NCBI GenBank assembly: GCA_013239625.1 | Contig: MU054323.1 | Coordinates: forward strand, 5,445,220 to 5,509,219 | DNA from: Lama guanicoe | Taxonomy: Eukaryota | Direction: 5' to 3' | Length of the DNA stretch: 64,000 nt | Shown: in pieces, positions 1 to 12,154 of the stretch | How positions within the stretch are numbered: position 1 is the stretch's first letter | Layout of the letters: each line of letters begins with the position of its first letter | Position numbers and translations under genes: made by a program | Notes under the pieces: generated by a model | Told to the model about the DNA's origin: nothing | What the model saw: only the letters and a program-made list of their open reading frames with translations | Databases searched by the model: none

Positions 1-569
1 TTAAAATTAAATGAAACAAAAGAGGTGCCTTGCACAAATAATGGTGGCATGACATATTCATTTGTGCATGCATTCACTCATTCATCGTAAATACGCGTTG
101 AGTGCCCACTGGTGCCTGGTAAGTACACTAAGATCACCAAGTTGAGCTCCTGCCCTCAGGCAACTTCATACCAGTGGACTGACAAACAGAACTGACGACT
201 GTGAGTACATCAACCCTGGGCTTCTAAGACTCTAAGGGAAATTGAGATGGTGATAAAAATTATGTAGGTGGTGCTGAGAGATGATGGTGATGATGGTGAT
301 GATGACATTACATGTGAGGAGACACAACCTAAGTTTAAGCATTCCCAAGCCTCACCAGCATATGTATTTAAATGGAATGAACTTAGGAAAGCTGGATCTT
401 GGAGCTTGGTGAATTTCCTCTGGAGGACATTGAAGACTGCCTCACCATAACACAGAATTTCCCTGTGGGAGGACTTCAAGTGCCCAGTGGCATTTCTCAT
501 GCCCTGCTCTGTCCCCCAGGTGCACACAGCACTCATATGGCAGATACAGAAAAGAAACAAAATACTTAC

Positions 570-718
570 CTGATTAGTCCATTCTTCCTAGTGTCACCAT
601 TCATTAGGTTTTTCCCCTGGCGCCTAAACACAGCCCAGCCTCCAGCACTATGCTGGATTCTGTTTCCTATGAGTGGATCTGCCTCTAATCCAGGTGGCCA
701 AAGGCAAAAGATGAATTC
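570..718 (-). other. Candidate internal exon (149 nt) of an unidentified minus-strand transcript
   Basis: Minus strand reads TTGAC branch-like motif, pyrimidine tract GCTTTCTTTTTACAAG|GAATTC at 718, and a perfect U1-complementary donor CAG|GTAAGTAT at 570/569. One frame is open throughout and includes an ATG at 604-602 (MNGDTRKNGLI). No protein family recognised. Confidence 0.55.
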
Positions 719-834
719 CTTGTAAAAAGAAAGCGTGATGGTCAATGTAAGAGTTGTTTCACCAAATCCTTGCTACTCTGGGTCCTTCCTTCAAAGCAAT
801 AGCTTTGCAACCTCAGAAGTGGCAAAGGATGGTA

Positions 835-921
835 GTGCGTGCGTGTGTGCACGTGTGTGTATGTGTGCATGTGCGCGTGTATGTGTGCATGTGCGTATGT
901 GTGTCTATGCGCACACGTGTG
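835..921. repeat. Alternating purine-pyrimidine (GT/GC/AT) microsatellite
   Basis: gtgcgtgcgtgtgtgcacgtgtgtgtatgtgtgcatgtgcgcgtg... about 85 nt of nearly uninterrupted RY alternation. Confidence 0.9.
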
Positions 922-2149
922 CTTGCAGGCAGTGGAGGTGGTGGGGGGTGGGGAATATAGAGGAAATTAGAATATCCTCCAGAGACAACACCTAACCTCA
1001 AGTTTGGGGCCAAGATATCTCAGACTTAAAGATTCTTCTCAGAAATTCAATTTCTCAGGAAAGGGGCTCATTTCCTTAAGACTGTGCCACGTGCTATTCC
1101 TTAGACAGTAACCTTCCTAGATCCTGCATCCATCTCATATGCCTTCCTTCTTTCTGCCTACACCTTTTCCCACTTCATCTGGATAGGAGACACAGTCAAA
1201 TACACCCAGACTATGGATAATGGCTGAGACTGCAGGCAGGCAGGAATTTCTGGAACAAAAGGTGGGCACTTCTTCAGGGTCAGCGCATAGGCACTTAAAA
1301 TCTCAGACACAAGGGCTTTGAAACATCACAATATCCTCCAGCTCTGGCAAAGGTACAGGGACGTGAGCCCTGTCACAGCACTTGGCAATGCCTTTCAGGG
1401 ACTTCCTGTACGGCCACAACCTCTGACCACTAATTGCTCTTACGGAAATTTATACATAGGAGATTATCAGAAATATGGCCGAAGATTGACAGTTAGGAAT
1501 ACTTAATGCACCATCTTGTTTGTGACCCACATTTGAGGTCTTCCTGTCTTTTGAAAATTAAATAAAATTATCTTAAGGCTCTATGTCACATGCTATGGAA
1601 ATTCCAACATCTTCCTCAAGATTTCTGATAATTCTCAGGGCTTGAGCTTTAAGTTCCTGTAATGAGTGCACTCAAAATCTTCCCAACATTCATCTAAATG
1701 CAGAGCTTTATGCCAACGGAGGTTGGGGATACAGTCCCTTTTCTTGACTTTCTCTCCAAAACAAACATGTGGAATTTCTAACTGTTTCAGGATTTAGAAA
1801 GGAATCAGGAAAATGAACAGAATATAGACCCAGGGATACAAAGACTTTGAGTTTGAAAATTAAAAAATTTTAAATTCTCAAAAAATTCCTTCAGCCTTCC
1901 AGAATTTTGATTCCATGCTATCACCTGTAATGTCATTCAGTTCACTCTCCTTTTTGTTTTAATCACTTTACCTCTCCTACTTCTCTACTTGCCCCAATGC
2001 CTAATTTTATCTAACACCATAAACAGGGCAATGCAATCTCTTTGTTTTGCCATTTCAGGTGGATCATGTTCTCACAGCCATACCAAAAAGGCTATTGAGA
2101 TATTGTCCTAAAGATAGTTATGAGGAATTGCTTTCCGAATAAGGACATG

Positions 2150-2850
2150 CAGAGAGTCATCTCCCTTTCTGTCAGTTGACATCATCCTGCGTTCATGTGA
2201 TGTCTGGAACCGTGGCAGTCATTTTGTAACTACGAGGAGAAAACACAAGGGCCAGAAGTAGAAGAGCAGAAAGGGCCTGGGGCCCTAATGACATTATTGA
2301 GTTGCAAAATTAGCCCTGAAGGGAATTACCACCATTATTCCCATTCTTCTTGCCAGAAATAATATTCCTTTATTATTATTTAAAACATTTTTAGACAAGT
2401 GCATCAACTCAGTTCTGACACTATTCACCCAGAGACAGTGTCAGATCCCAGAGCCTAAGGGCTCAGTCCCGCAACACTGCTCCCACCCTCCACTTCAGAC
2501 ACCAGCTACAAGCCTTGGTTATCACCTGTGCTTCTGACCAGCTGGCTCTAGAGGGAATGTTCCAACCACCCCATCCTTGGGTTCAATTAACTTGCTAGAA
2601 CAATTCATAGAACTCAGAGAAACACTTCAACTAGGAAGCTCCCCACTACCACTGGGATTTTATGGAGGCTGCCTCACACCAGCACGGTCACTTATTAACT
2701 CCATTTCCAGCCCCTTTCCCCTCTCTGGAGAAGCTGGGAGCAGGGGTGCAGCTGAAAACTAGGGGCAGAGACCAATATATGTATTTTCTATTATCTCACA
2801 ACAAGTATATCTTCACTTGTAGCCAAAGGCATCTTTGATACATAGTATGT
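2150..2850 (+). mobile_element. Old ERVL/MaLR-type solo LTR (LTR33/LTR16/MLT1-like), interrupted by a MER21-like LTR
   Basis: gatgtctggaaccgtggcagtcattttgtaac...cctggggccctaatgacattattgagttgc; resumes after 2805 with cacttgtagccaaaggcatc. Confidence 0.55.
2400..2800 (-). mobile_element. MER21-like LTR, short (401 bp), 5-bp TSD ACAAG
   Basis: TG...CA termini flanked by ACAAG at 2395-2399 and 2801-2805. Internal cagttctgacactattcacccagagacagtgtcagatccca...gctcagtccc resembles the reverse of the copy at 61625-62410. Confidence 0.8.
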
Positions 2851-3971
2851 CAAACTCTTAGTATCTCTACGGCTCAGTTTTTCTATCTTTACTATTGACA
2901 TAACAATAGTAATTTATTACATTTGGTTCTTATAGAGAAATAATAATTTAATTCCTACATATAGTAAATAGCCTAAACACCTTATATATAAGTGTATATA
3001 TACATTTTTTCATTCATTCCCTGAATAATAATTAAGTCCCTAGTAAGTAATAGAGATTCTGAAATGAAAAATACAGGTTTAAATTTCTCTATGTCCAGCA
3101 GCCTTTAATAATCTGGCCTTCTCGGCTTTGGTTTTTGACAAATCCCACCAGAAAGCGTTTGTTCTGAATCCATTATATTCCAATGGTATTTGTCTAGGAG
3201 GCAATGCTCTGTCTCGACCCTGTGGATTTGCTGTTTCTTCTGCCCTACTGCTTCCTCCCACTCTTCAGGACCTATAGAACTCATCTTTTCCTGATTTACC
3301 TTCCTGCAGAGTATATTGATCATTCTGTTTTCCCCGGTGATCCATAAAATGTGCGTGTGCTTCCACTGGCATGTTTTTTGAATACTGATGGAAATTTGAT
3401 GGTATTAAGGCAAGAATCCAAAAACAAAGAAATTGAATCCTACTAATTAAAGATAGGATTCTGATGACTATAGTCTTAAGGAAATGAAGCCAAATGGGAT
3501 ACAAAGTACTATCCTGCATCAGCGCCAGGAGTGTCCCAGTGCTGAAGTCTCCTAAACATTGGGTAGGAGAAGTGGATTTGGCTCAAGGCCTAAATGGGGC
3601 TTCCTGGTTCCTCCCTCCCACTGCTGTGAGATCTAAACTTGGCCTCTTACCACCATCTTAGTAGCCCATAACAAAAAAGAGATCAGAGCAAAGAGAAAAG
3701 GTGGTGTTGCCAAACCAAAGAAGGTGCCACCTCAGTTTGCCATTCTATCAAATACTGCAGAATATACAGAGAAGGGCATGAGCTAGCTCCTTCCTAAGGG
3801 TCAGCTCTCCAGGGCTGTCTACCTCGGGGCAGCAGGAAGTGCTGGAGAGCACAACCAGTGCCCTGAACGAGTCACATTAGCAAGCCTTCCATCCTCGGGG
3901 CACTTCTAATGAAGGGAGAGGAGACTAAAGCTTCTTTCCCAGTAGGATGTGTATAACTGACTTTCTGCATC

Positions 3972-4350
3972 TATGTGGTAAGCTGTATTACTACTCTGCA
4001 ATATTTACTGCCCTTCCCCTACCTTCCTCCTTTCCTGATTGTGGCATGTGACTTTCTTTGGCCTATGAAGTGTGCGCTTCTAACCAGCTGACAACATTTA
4101 TGGTTAGAAGCATTAGGAGCCAGCAATTAAACTCTATTAACCCACTGTCAAGGGAACCAGCAATGTTGCAGAAAGTGGCTGCTCCATCACCCTGGGTCCT
4201 GGTAAGGAAAGGGATGACACGGAGCAGAGCCCTCAGCCAACCATCAGCAGGTAAGTGACGTGTGTGAGCAACAAAAATGTATGTTTGTGAAGTGACTGAG
4301 CTGTTCCAGGTATCTGCTACCCTAGCATGACCTCACCCAACCCTGATGAG
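3972..4350 (+). mobile_element. MLT1 (MaLR) solo LTR, MLT1J-like
   Basis: ggcatgtgactttctttggcc...gtggctgctccatcaccctgggtcctgg...ggagcagagccctcagccaacc. Confidence 0.65.
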
Positions 4351-4484
4351 CCCAGGAGCTCCTCTAGAAACACGTGCATCACTCCATCATCAGTCTAATA
4401 CAGAGCCCGGCACATGTGCGCACTCAGCAGCTCTGCAGAATAAACCGATGGATACTTTAAATCAAATCTATCATTTTCTTCACT

Positions 4485-4735
4485 GAAAGGCAGTGTGGTT
4501 TAGCAGAAGACATTAGGCTTTGGAGTCACAGAGACTCATTTAAATCCCATTTTGCCACTTACCAGTGGTGAAACTTTGGGAAGTTCAACTTTCAAAGTCT
4601 CAGTCTCCTCATATAAGACAAATTTTGCTTGAAATGCCTTCCTTCAAAGAGTTCTTGCTAGTGCGACACGAGATAACATCTGTCAAGAACCTGGCATGCT
4701 GTCAGAATATGCAGACACTTAATACATTAAGTTCA
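4485..4735 (+). mobile_element. MIR SINE
   Basis: ggctttggagtcacagag...tttaaatcccattttgccacttaccag...tctcagtctcctcat MIR core. Confidence 0.75.
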
Positions 4736-5574
4736 TTGTTAATAATATTGACCATCTTTTGTTTTATTAAAAAAAACTGCACACATAGCAGTGGAGTAAA
4801 AGAAAAGAAGCAATATATTACAGGTATTTCTGTAGTATAGTCAATAGTACTGAATAATTGATTGCTTGAGCAGGATTGGAAAAAGGGGGAAAAGCAAAAG
4901 AGGATAATTACCCGACTTATGAAGGAGATGGTGTGAACACCGCTACTTGATCACAAAGAGCAGACAGAACAGGTCATACGTGGCTTGACGTGGCTGGACA
5001 GAGCATGGGGCTGTAAATTCAAGTTTAGGTGTCTCGGGTTCCAGGGAACTGTAGGCTATCCACACAGTTTTTGAGCTGATAATGAATGTATAGGTCTAAA
5101 ATTTAGGGAAGATTTATGTACATTTATACGTACATTTAAAGTTTGTGGATTAAATTAACTGTTAACTTCAAGAGAGGTAAGTTGACTACATGAGTTCCTT
5201 GGTAAGCATATTTCATATTCCATGTGTACATTTTTGCACAGCCACCGACTGTCTGTGGATAAAGGGATTAGCCTACTTTGATTTTGATTTGTATATGTCC
5301 TATTCTGAGGACAAAAAAAATTTTTTTATTTTGAAATTCCAAATTTACATTAAAGGAGACCCATGTCTATTTAACCAAATGCAAAGATAGTCACTAAAGA
5401 TAAACCATTTCCGAAGTATGAGAAGAACTAGCCTCACTAAGTAAAAATTTTAGAAAGTTAGTCATTTAGCACCAATTTTTGTGTCTCATGTTTTAGTCAG
5501 AAGTCTCTTACTTAGCACTAGTTATTAACCACAGATGGAGACAGTAGTAAGAAGATGGTGGGTGACTTTTCTCA

Positions 5575-6110
5575 AATCATTCATTCCACAGATAGTTTTA
5601 TTAAAGCATAAACCTTGAGAAAGGTTTGGCCCTTGACATATTGTGGGATGATGAATTAAAATCAGACCTGATTCTCACCCTCAAGGACATCATAGCTTCA
5701 GACGAAGCAATGACAAGAAGGACTAAAGAGAGACCCAGGTTAAGTGCTGTGATGGTGGGGCAGGGAGTGATTCCTTCCAGCTGAGGCAGTCTGGTGAGTT
5801 TGCGTGGGGCCTGTGATTTCTGCGCTGCTTCTTAAAAATTAAGCATTACCCATGTGGGGTAAATAGTTTGAGGAGGGCATTATAAAGGGGAGACTCGCAG
5901 GAGCACAGGTAGAGAGGTGGGAAAGGGTTGGGTACTAACTCAATTTGATGATCACTGAATATTTATAAAGTGGTGGGTGAGCAATGGGACAGAAAATGTA
6001 GATTAGGGCCAAGCCATGAGGGATTTTGAATACTGGGCTGAGAAATGTGATCTTTATTCTGTAATAGATCCTAGGACTCCACTGAAAGAACTTAAGCAGA
6101 AGAGAGATTG
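5575..6110 (-). mobile_element. L2 LINE fragment
   Basis: tcattcattcc 3' tail in reverse, cctcaaggacatcatagc, later gggccaagccatgagggattttgaa...gatctttattctgtaatag. Confidence 0.65.
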
Positions 6111-7597
6111 ACTCGTAGAGGGAATTTCAGAAGAATGATATTCGGGGGGCTTTCCTGGGGATAGATTTCCTCATTATAAAGTCAGGGAAATAATATTTAC
6201 TGCACAAGGAAGGTTTTAAACGAGATAACCTATATAATGCGTTGGTTGCTAATAGGTTCCCTTCCCAGCCTCTTCCCTGAAAGTGCCCTGATAATACCCA
6301 CCCGCTCCGCATTAAGACCCCAAGGGCGGCAACTGCAACAACATGGAGATATTAACAAGCGCAGGTGCTATAAAGGCAGCTGGAGACCCACAAGCAGGGA
6401 TTTAGCAGATAAAGGCAAGCAATAAAAAGAGAAAGGGGGAAGAAATGTTTGCCAAGGGCTGTTGAAAAGAAATAAACTGGAAACCTGTTATGCATGTATC
6501 TGGGACACTGCTGTTAACTCAGGAAGGGAGGGAGGGCTTACAGAGGGAGTTCCAGTGGGTCTTAGAGCGCCCAGGAAGCTGGACCCTCAGGCTGCGTGTG
6601 TGCGTGCGTGTGTGTAGACACTGCAGCCCATCCAGATGTATGGGCTGGCAGAAGGGAGCTGGAGTTAATCACCAGAATTGTTTCAGTTAGGAAAATTGCT
6701 CTCATCAAGTCGCAATTGTGACACCATAGCAGTGTCTGCAGGCAAACTGACACATGCAAAGTCCCAACAGGAAAATCTGCAGAGATGGGAGCAGGAGCCC
6801 TCAAGGCACCACTAAGAGCTAAACACACACAGTGGAAACAGCTGAAGATGGGCCTCCCTGCAGCAGGGGTTAAGTTCTTATCTGTACAGAAAGCCTGGCC
6901 AAGGCAACCTCAGGGTATGATCCAACTACCTATCTGGCCAGCCACTGAAGCATCATGAAGTCATCAGCGCCCTTGAAACAAGGTGTCCACTGTTCAAGAA
7001 TGGGAAGGGAGGGACTGCACTTAAGGCTTGCTCTCCAAGGAGGCCAGGTCTGGGCAAGAGAAACAATATGCCCTCTGTGAGCTCTGAACCCCTCAAGGCC
7101 TCCAGGAAATGTGCAGGCAGCTACTAAGGGACAGAGATGCTCAGAGGGGCCACACTCACCAATCACTATAATTGGAATTTCCTGGAAGAGGGGCACGTGA
7201 GCTGAAGCTCGAAGAATGAGTCACAGGGAAACACGAGGGAAGTCATCTGGAGTTGACTACACAGGGCAAATAGTAAGAGTGGGTAATGGCAAAACTAACT
7301 TGAAGACACAATGACTCTGTTCCTTCTGCTTAGCGCTTTCACAGGTGTACAGCTCCGATCTTCATAACTTCTACAGATTAGTTTTAAATAGTCATGAGTC
7401 ACTGCCTATGCCCCTATCGTACCTCCTCCAGAGCAAATATTGACACCCACCTTTCTGGAGGACCCTGCACGGCAAACCCCTGCCTGGCTCTGGGAAGAGT
7501 CTACCGCTTGCAAATCATCCCGGCTCCACACCAGAGATCCTGGGCAAAGAACTGTTAGCTCTTCTCTCCTACAGAGTCGGGTACAAGGATGCTAAGG

Positions 7598-7623
7598 AAG
7601 GGAGGGAGGGAGGGAGGGAGGAA
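7598..7623. repeat. (GGGA)n simple repeat with G-quadruplex potential
   Basis: agggagggagggagggagggaggaa. Confidence 0.85.
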
Positions 7624-8269
7624 GAGACAGGGTAGGTAAATCTTCCAAAAGAACTTAAAGTGGGGGCTTTAAACATATCCTAGAAAGAGGGGTTGGCAGA
7701 CTGTTCATTACACATAAAAATATCTGCTGAATTACTGAGTTAAATAATGTGAGAATCAATGACTGAATGAACGAATATGCTACTTAAAAATCTATCCGAG
7801 TTTTGATCCGAAGGCGTGGCCTGGGCAGGCTTTACGACACGCACACAGCACCACTCGCCACCATAGCAGAGCTGAGGTTTCCAGTGCCCCTCTCGGAGTC
7901 CTTCCTCCAGGACGTGGAACCCCATTCATACCCCACCCCAACTGCAGCCCGCCTTGCACAGTGTCACAAGTTCAGGCCACCACAAAACCTAGAGAGTGAG
8001 CTAGGGAGCCCTTGGGGACGTCAAATCAGCCCATGTTTTAGGTGTGAAAAATGACACCGACCCAGACAGCTCGCTTGCAGCCACTCGGGGACTCTGTGAT
8101 CCGGAGGGGGTGTGTGTGTCCTTCCTTGGGTGGGATGTCTGGCGCCAGAACAAGCAGCAAGAACCGGACAGTGTTCTTAGCCCTCCCGTCACCGGCAAAG
8201 CCCAAGAACAATTCCCGGGAAATCAAAATAGAATCCCAGTAATAAAGTCCAACCTTCTTTCCTTCCCTT

Positions 8270-8640
8270 GCACTTCGTCTAGACTCACTCCGCTCACGCG
8301 AGACCTTGCACTCGGCGCTCTTCCGGCCAGAGCGCCTCACACGAAGCGGCCGCGGCGGGCGCTCGGGCTCCGCCAGCGGGCAGTGCGCAGAGACGCTCAT
8401 GACGACACCTCGGTTCAAGATGGCGGGGGCGGCCCGTGTGCCTGTGCGGAGCGGCTGCGCCCGGCGCTGCGCGGTCTCCTGGTGCCCAACTCGCGAGAGC
8501 TGCGCCAGGTCCCCGAGAGCTGCGCCCCTCCCTCCCCGGGGAGGACTTGTGAAGCAGCCCCGCCCCCGGCCTCTCCGGGAGGTGTGTACCCTGGAGCACG
8601 AGCTCGCTCCGCTCCATTCTTCGATCAAAGAATAAAGATG
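8270..8640. promoter_or_regulatory. CpG-island promoter, probably bidirectional with the main transcript on the minus strand
   Basis: The only strongly CpG-dense stretch in the window. ETS CTTCCGG 8320-8326, TGCGCA 8384-8389, YY1 CAAGATGGCGG 8416-8426, BANP/ZBTB33-like TCACGCGAGA 8294-8303 and ACTCGCGAGA 8489-8498, GC box GCCCCGCCCC 8557-8566. Confidence 0.85.
8289..8430 (-). other. Candidate first exon of the minus-strand transcript (5' end approximate)
   Basis: Donor CGGA|GTGAGT at 8289/8288 at the left edge of the CpG island. Confidence 0.45.
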
Positions 8641-9354
8641 TCATTTGCTTCTGAACTGAACTGTGTCTCATTCTATTGGCCTGAACACCACCAGGCAGAA
8701 GGACCCTTGTTGGGGACTCGAAAGGGTCAGTGGCATAATCACGCCTTGACTCAGTTCGTTTGTGATCACCTTCCCAGGTGGACCTAACATGCTTTATTCT
8801 TACCCTAGCACATCACCAAGTCCTCCGTGGCAATACCTGGAATTAGGTGTTGAGACCCCCAGTCTCTGCTTGTTCTATGCACATCATACTTGACACACTT
8901 CAGCAATGTGCTTTCTTTCCCAGTTGGAAGCAGAGCTTTTGAGGGGGTTGTGAACACCTGTGAAATTTTCTTTACACACCTTCATGTCCTAGAAACACAC
9001 AAGTGGCTCCCAAAAGACGGGATTTGTAGACAGAGGCTCCTTTCAGAGCTTCAACTCGGAGACCCTGGGTAGATGATGACTGCTCATCACCAAAGTGTTG
9101 ATGAATGCTGTTCATTCTCCTCGGTGACTCTGCCCAAATCCCCAGGAAGTGGCTTTTAACTCGGGCAACCAGCCTGCCAGAAACTTGGACAAGCTCAGGC
9201 TTTTTGTGGCATTTCACTGATTTAAGCGACATAAAGTACTAGCTTTGATTTGGCTCCCACGTGGTAGGTAGTTCTCCTCCATTCATAAACCAGCATTAAA
9301 AATGCAGAGGACTCATTGCCTTTCATGTCCTTAAATTCCTGGCTTGTGTGAGAG

Positions 9355-9391
9355 GTTTTCGTTTTGTTTTGTTTTGTTTTGTTTTGTTTTT
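9355..9391. repeat. (GTTTT)n microsatellite
   Basis: gttttcgttttgttttgttttgttttgttttgttttt. Confidence 0.9.
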
Positions 9392-11384
9392 CTCATAGCC
9401 TCAGTCTTTGTCTTCTGAGTACGGGCAGAATTTTTAACCTATGGAAACTTGTATGCTGTCTGAGAAATAAGCATAGCTCCATGCTAGGGAGCAAAAACAT
9501 TCGCTCATCCCAGCAAAGAAAGATGGTCCCATGAGATATTCATCTCAGCCTTGGTGGCAGGCAGAGTAAGCAGCAAGCAGAGTACCAACTGCTACTGAAG
9601 TCAATGATGAGACATGGCGGTCGCGACCAGGAGGTGATTCAGGTGAGGCAGAGGGTATCAGGAGGGCTGGGAGGTGGGCTGGCTGCCTGGAGAGCTCAGG
9701 CATAATTTCCTCCATCTTCATGCTGTCACTGTCAGCCCTTTATATAGCACCAATGTCATGCCACATCAGCTGCACCTGTGCCCGTGTGATGACTTTCAGA
9801 CTCCGATAAATACCATCAACGGACATCAGGATGATGGGCACAGTGGAACACCCTGGTGATTGATCTGTTTGTGTCCATCCCGGGGCTGTGGGTCTATTAG
9901 ATAAACACTGGTATTTTGAAAGAAAGGCAGGAGAAATGACTATTGGGTGGCCTTTAAATTTCTTGTTTAGTTTGGATGTTGTTGTTTGCTCTTTGGAATT
10001 TTTTTTTTTTCTTTTTGGTGGGAATGATTTTTTTCTGGACAAATAGATCTGGACACAAACATCAGGACTTCATTTGCCAGTTCCAATTCCTCACTGAATA
10101 CACTCCACAGCTGGCAAGGTGTCAATGATTAGCTGATTTCCCTGCTCTGTTGCAAAAGTCTGCCCTGTGGCCAGATTAGACGAGAGAAGTAGAGGGGCCG
10201 CATGATCTTCCCTGGAGGCCTCCTCACCCCCTGAAGTGAGAGGCCAGTCCTCTCACTTCCGGCTGGTTGGTACAATCTGGGATAAAACAGATGCTTTTTC
10301 TCATTTTGCCCAAAGCAAGCTAGGGTTTGAGGTCAATATTCTGCTTAGCTGCTGCATAATTCCTTGCATTTTGGATTTTTTAATTTTAAGGAGAAACTAT
10401 TCATAAGAAAAATATTTATCATTGGAATTGTTGAGAAATTCTAGGTCATGAAAAACTACCCTCCTCCAAACTTTGAAATTGGTTTTGTTTCCCAGGCTTT
10501 TAAATCCTGGAAAAAAGAGTAATTCAAAATTTGTCCATTTTCTTACCTGTTCACCCAAGAGAGTTCCTTACTTAGTATGTCACCCTTTCTTTACCTTTAA
10601 GAATCAGATGATATCACTGAGCATTTCATAAGTGGAATGATGTATAGCAATTCTGAATCACTTTCCTCCTTATGCCTTCCTGAGAACACGGTGTCTTAGA
10701 GAACATGGTATCAGCACTGGGTACGTAAGAACTTGGAACACTGCAAGTTGACTCTGCCTGCGTCATCCCCTCTGGGCCTTGAACTGAGTGATCCTGGGAG
10801 CAGCGTGAGAGGAACCAGCACATCCATGTAGCAACAGGTAGATTCCAAAAGGTGAGGTGATGACGCCTGGCCTCTGCTTATCCATTCTCCTGTATCAGCC
10901 TGGAATTAAACAATGAGAAGTTGGAACATGAGATGGTCTATGCATTGTGAGAAAACTCCCTCTGATTTTCTAGCTTTTGTTGAGAAATACGTGAAGAAGG
11001 GTGACTGACATGATACCCTCCTAATACAAGTTCTCTACAGGTTTGCTGCTCGAAGCATGGTCTGTGGATGAGGGCTAGACTGTGGACGATTTGTCAGTGA
11101 TCTGTGCAATGAGATGAAAACAGACGTTAAAAGTGTTAATACTTGGGGAGCAATTTGACATTCCACCACATCCAGACAGGAGGCTGTGGACTCATCTGTT
11201 TTGAACAGCACACAGACTAGTCTGGGTGTTGTCAGATGTGGGGGTGAATCACAATGGCCCCAGTTGTATTCAGTTGTGTGTAATAGGATAGATCTATCCA
11301 TGGCAGATGAGAAATCAAACATGCTGGATAGATGACCCAGAGACAGGAAGACCAAACAGATCCTTTGCCACAGGTGGTGAGAAG

Positions 11385-11556
11385 CACAGTGTTACTGTAT
11401 TCACCAGACTTGTAAACGACCCACTCTTTGTCCATCCTGGTAGGTTGAATGGAAGCACCATGAGGGCAGGAATGGTGCCTGACTTCTGCAGTGCTCTCTC
11501 ACCAAAACCTGATACAATTAATTCCTGGTTTGTTGAATGAATGAATGAATGAATGA
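11385..11556 (+). mobile_element. L2 3' end
   Basis: aagcaccatgagggcaggaat...tttgttgaatgaatgaatgaatgaatga tail. Confidence 0.75.
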
Positions 11557-12154
11557 GGAATGTTCAGGGTTCCGCCTCCCTCTCAGGTTTGTCAGCCACT
11601 AGATGTCAAGAGAAGATGGTCACAGTACACATGGCACGACAAGACAGGGATCACTCAAAGCTCCCACTCGCCTCACTCACCCAGTCTTTAATGTCAAGGC
11701 AGTGAGACAGAAGGCTCTGGAATACAGCTCCAAATGTATGTCACGCCTCTAGAGAAATATGATTCCTTCTCTAGATTTATTGTATCACCACCTTTTCAGG
11801 GTCACAGCTATTCCAAGAGCATAGTACAACTGATATTTCTTAATATAAGTACTTATTGTTTGGAAGCAATCAGTATCCCATGAACATGCCACAGTTTTTT
11901 TTGTGAACTTCGGAGAGTAAACAAGGCTAAAGTTTCAGGGTTGCTGACATTACCAAAAAACCCACAGAAGTCACGACCTTGTTCCCCCAGAGGACACAGG
12001 AGAGACAGACAACACTCACCATATCCTAATATTTTGACTAAAAATATATTTTGTTGACAAGGAGTAGAAAGTGAAAGCATTAGGCTAGAACGCACAGTGG
12101 CTCCCACCTGAGGGTGGCCCAGTCCCTCAGGGGGACTTGGAAAGGCACAGATGC

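Noticed and set aside
562..572. ATACTTACCTG, identical to the U1 snRNA 5' end
   Set aside because: Following sequence does not match U1; better explained as a minus-strand splice donor
735..1013. ORFs with VCVC/HTHT runs
   Set aside because: Translations of the microsatellite
3079..3519. Three overlapping minus-strand ORFs in unique-looking sequence
   Set aside because: No recognisable homology and only weak splice signals; cannot support a CDS or pseudogene call
8038..8787. Long overlapping ORFs (247, 196, 125 aa) across the CpG island
   Set aside because: Arg/Pro/Ala/Gly-rich, on both strands, no recognisable domain; expected from stop-codon scarcity in GC-rich DNA
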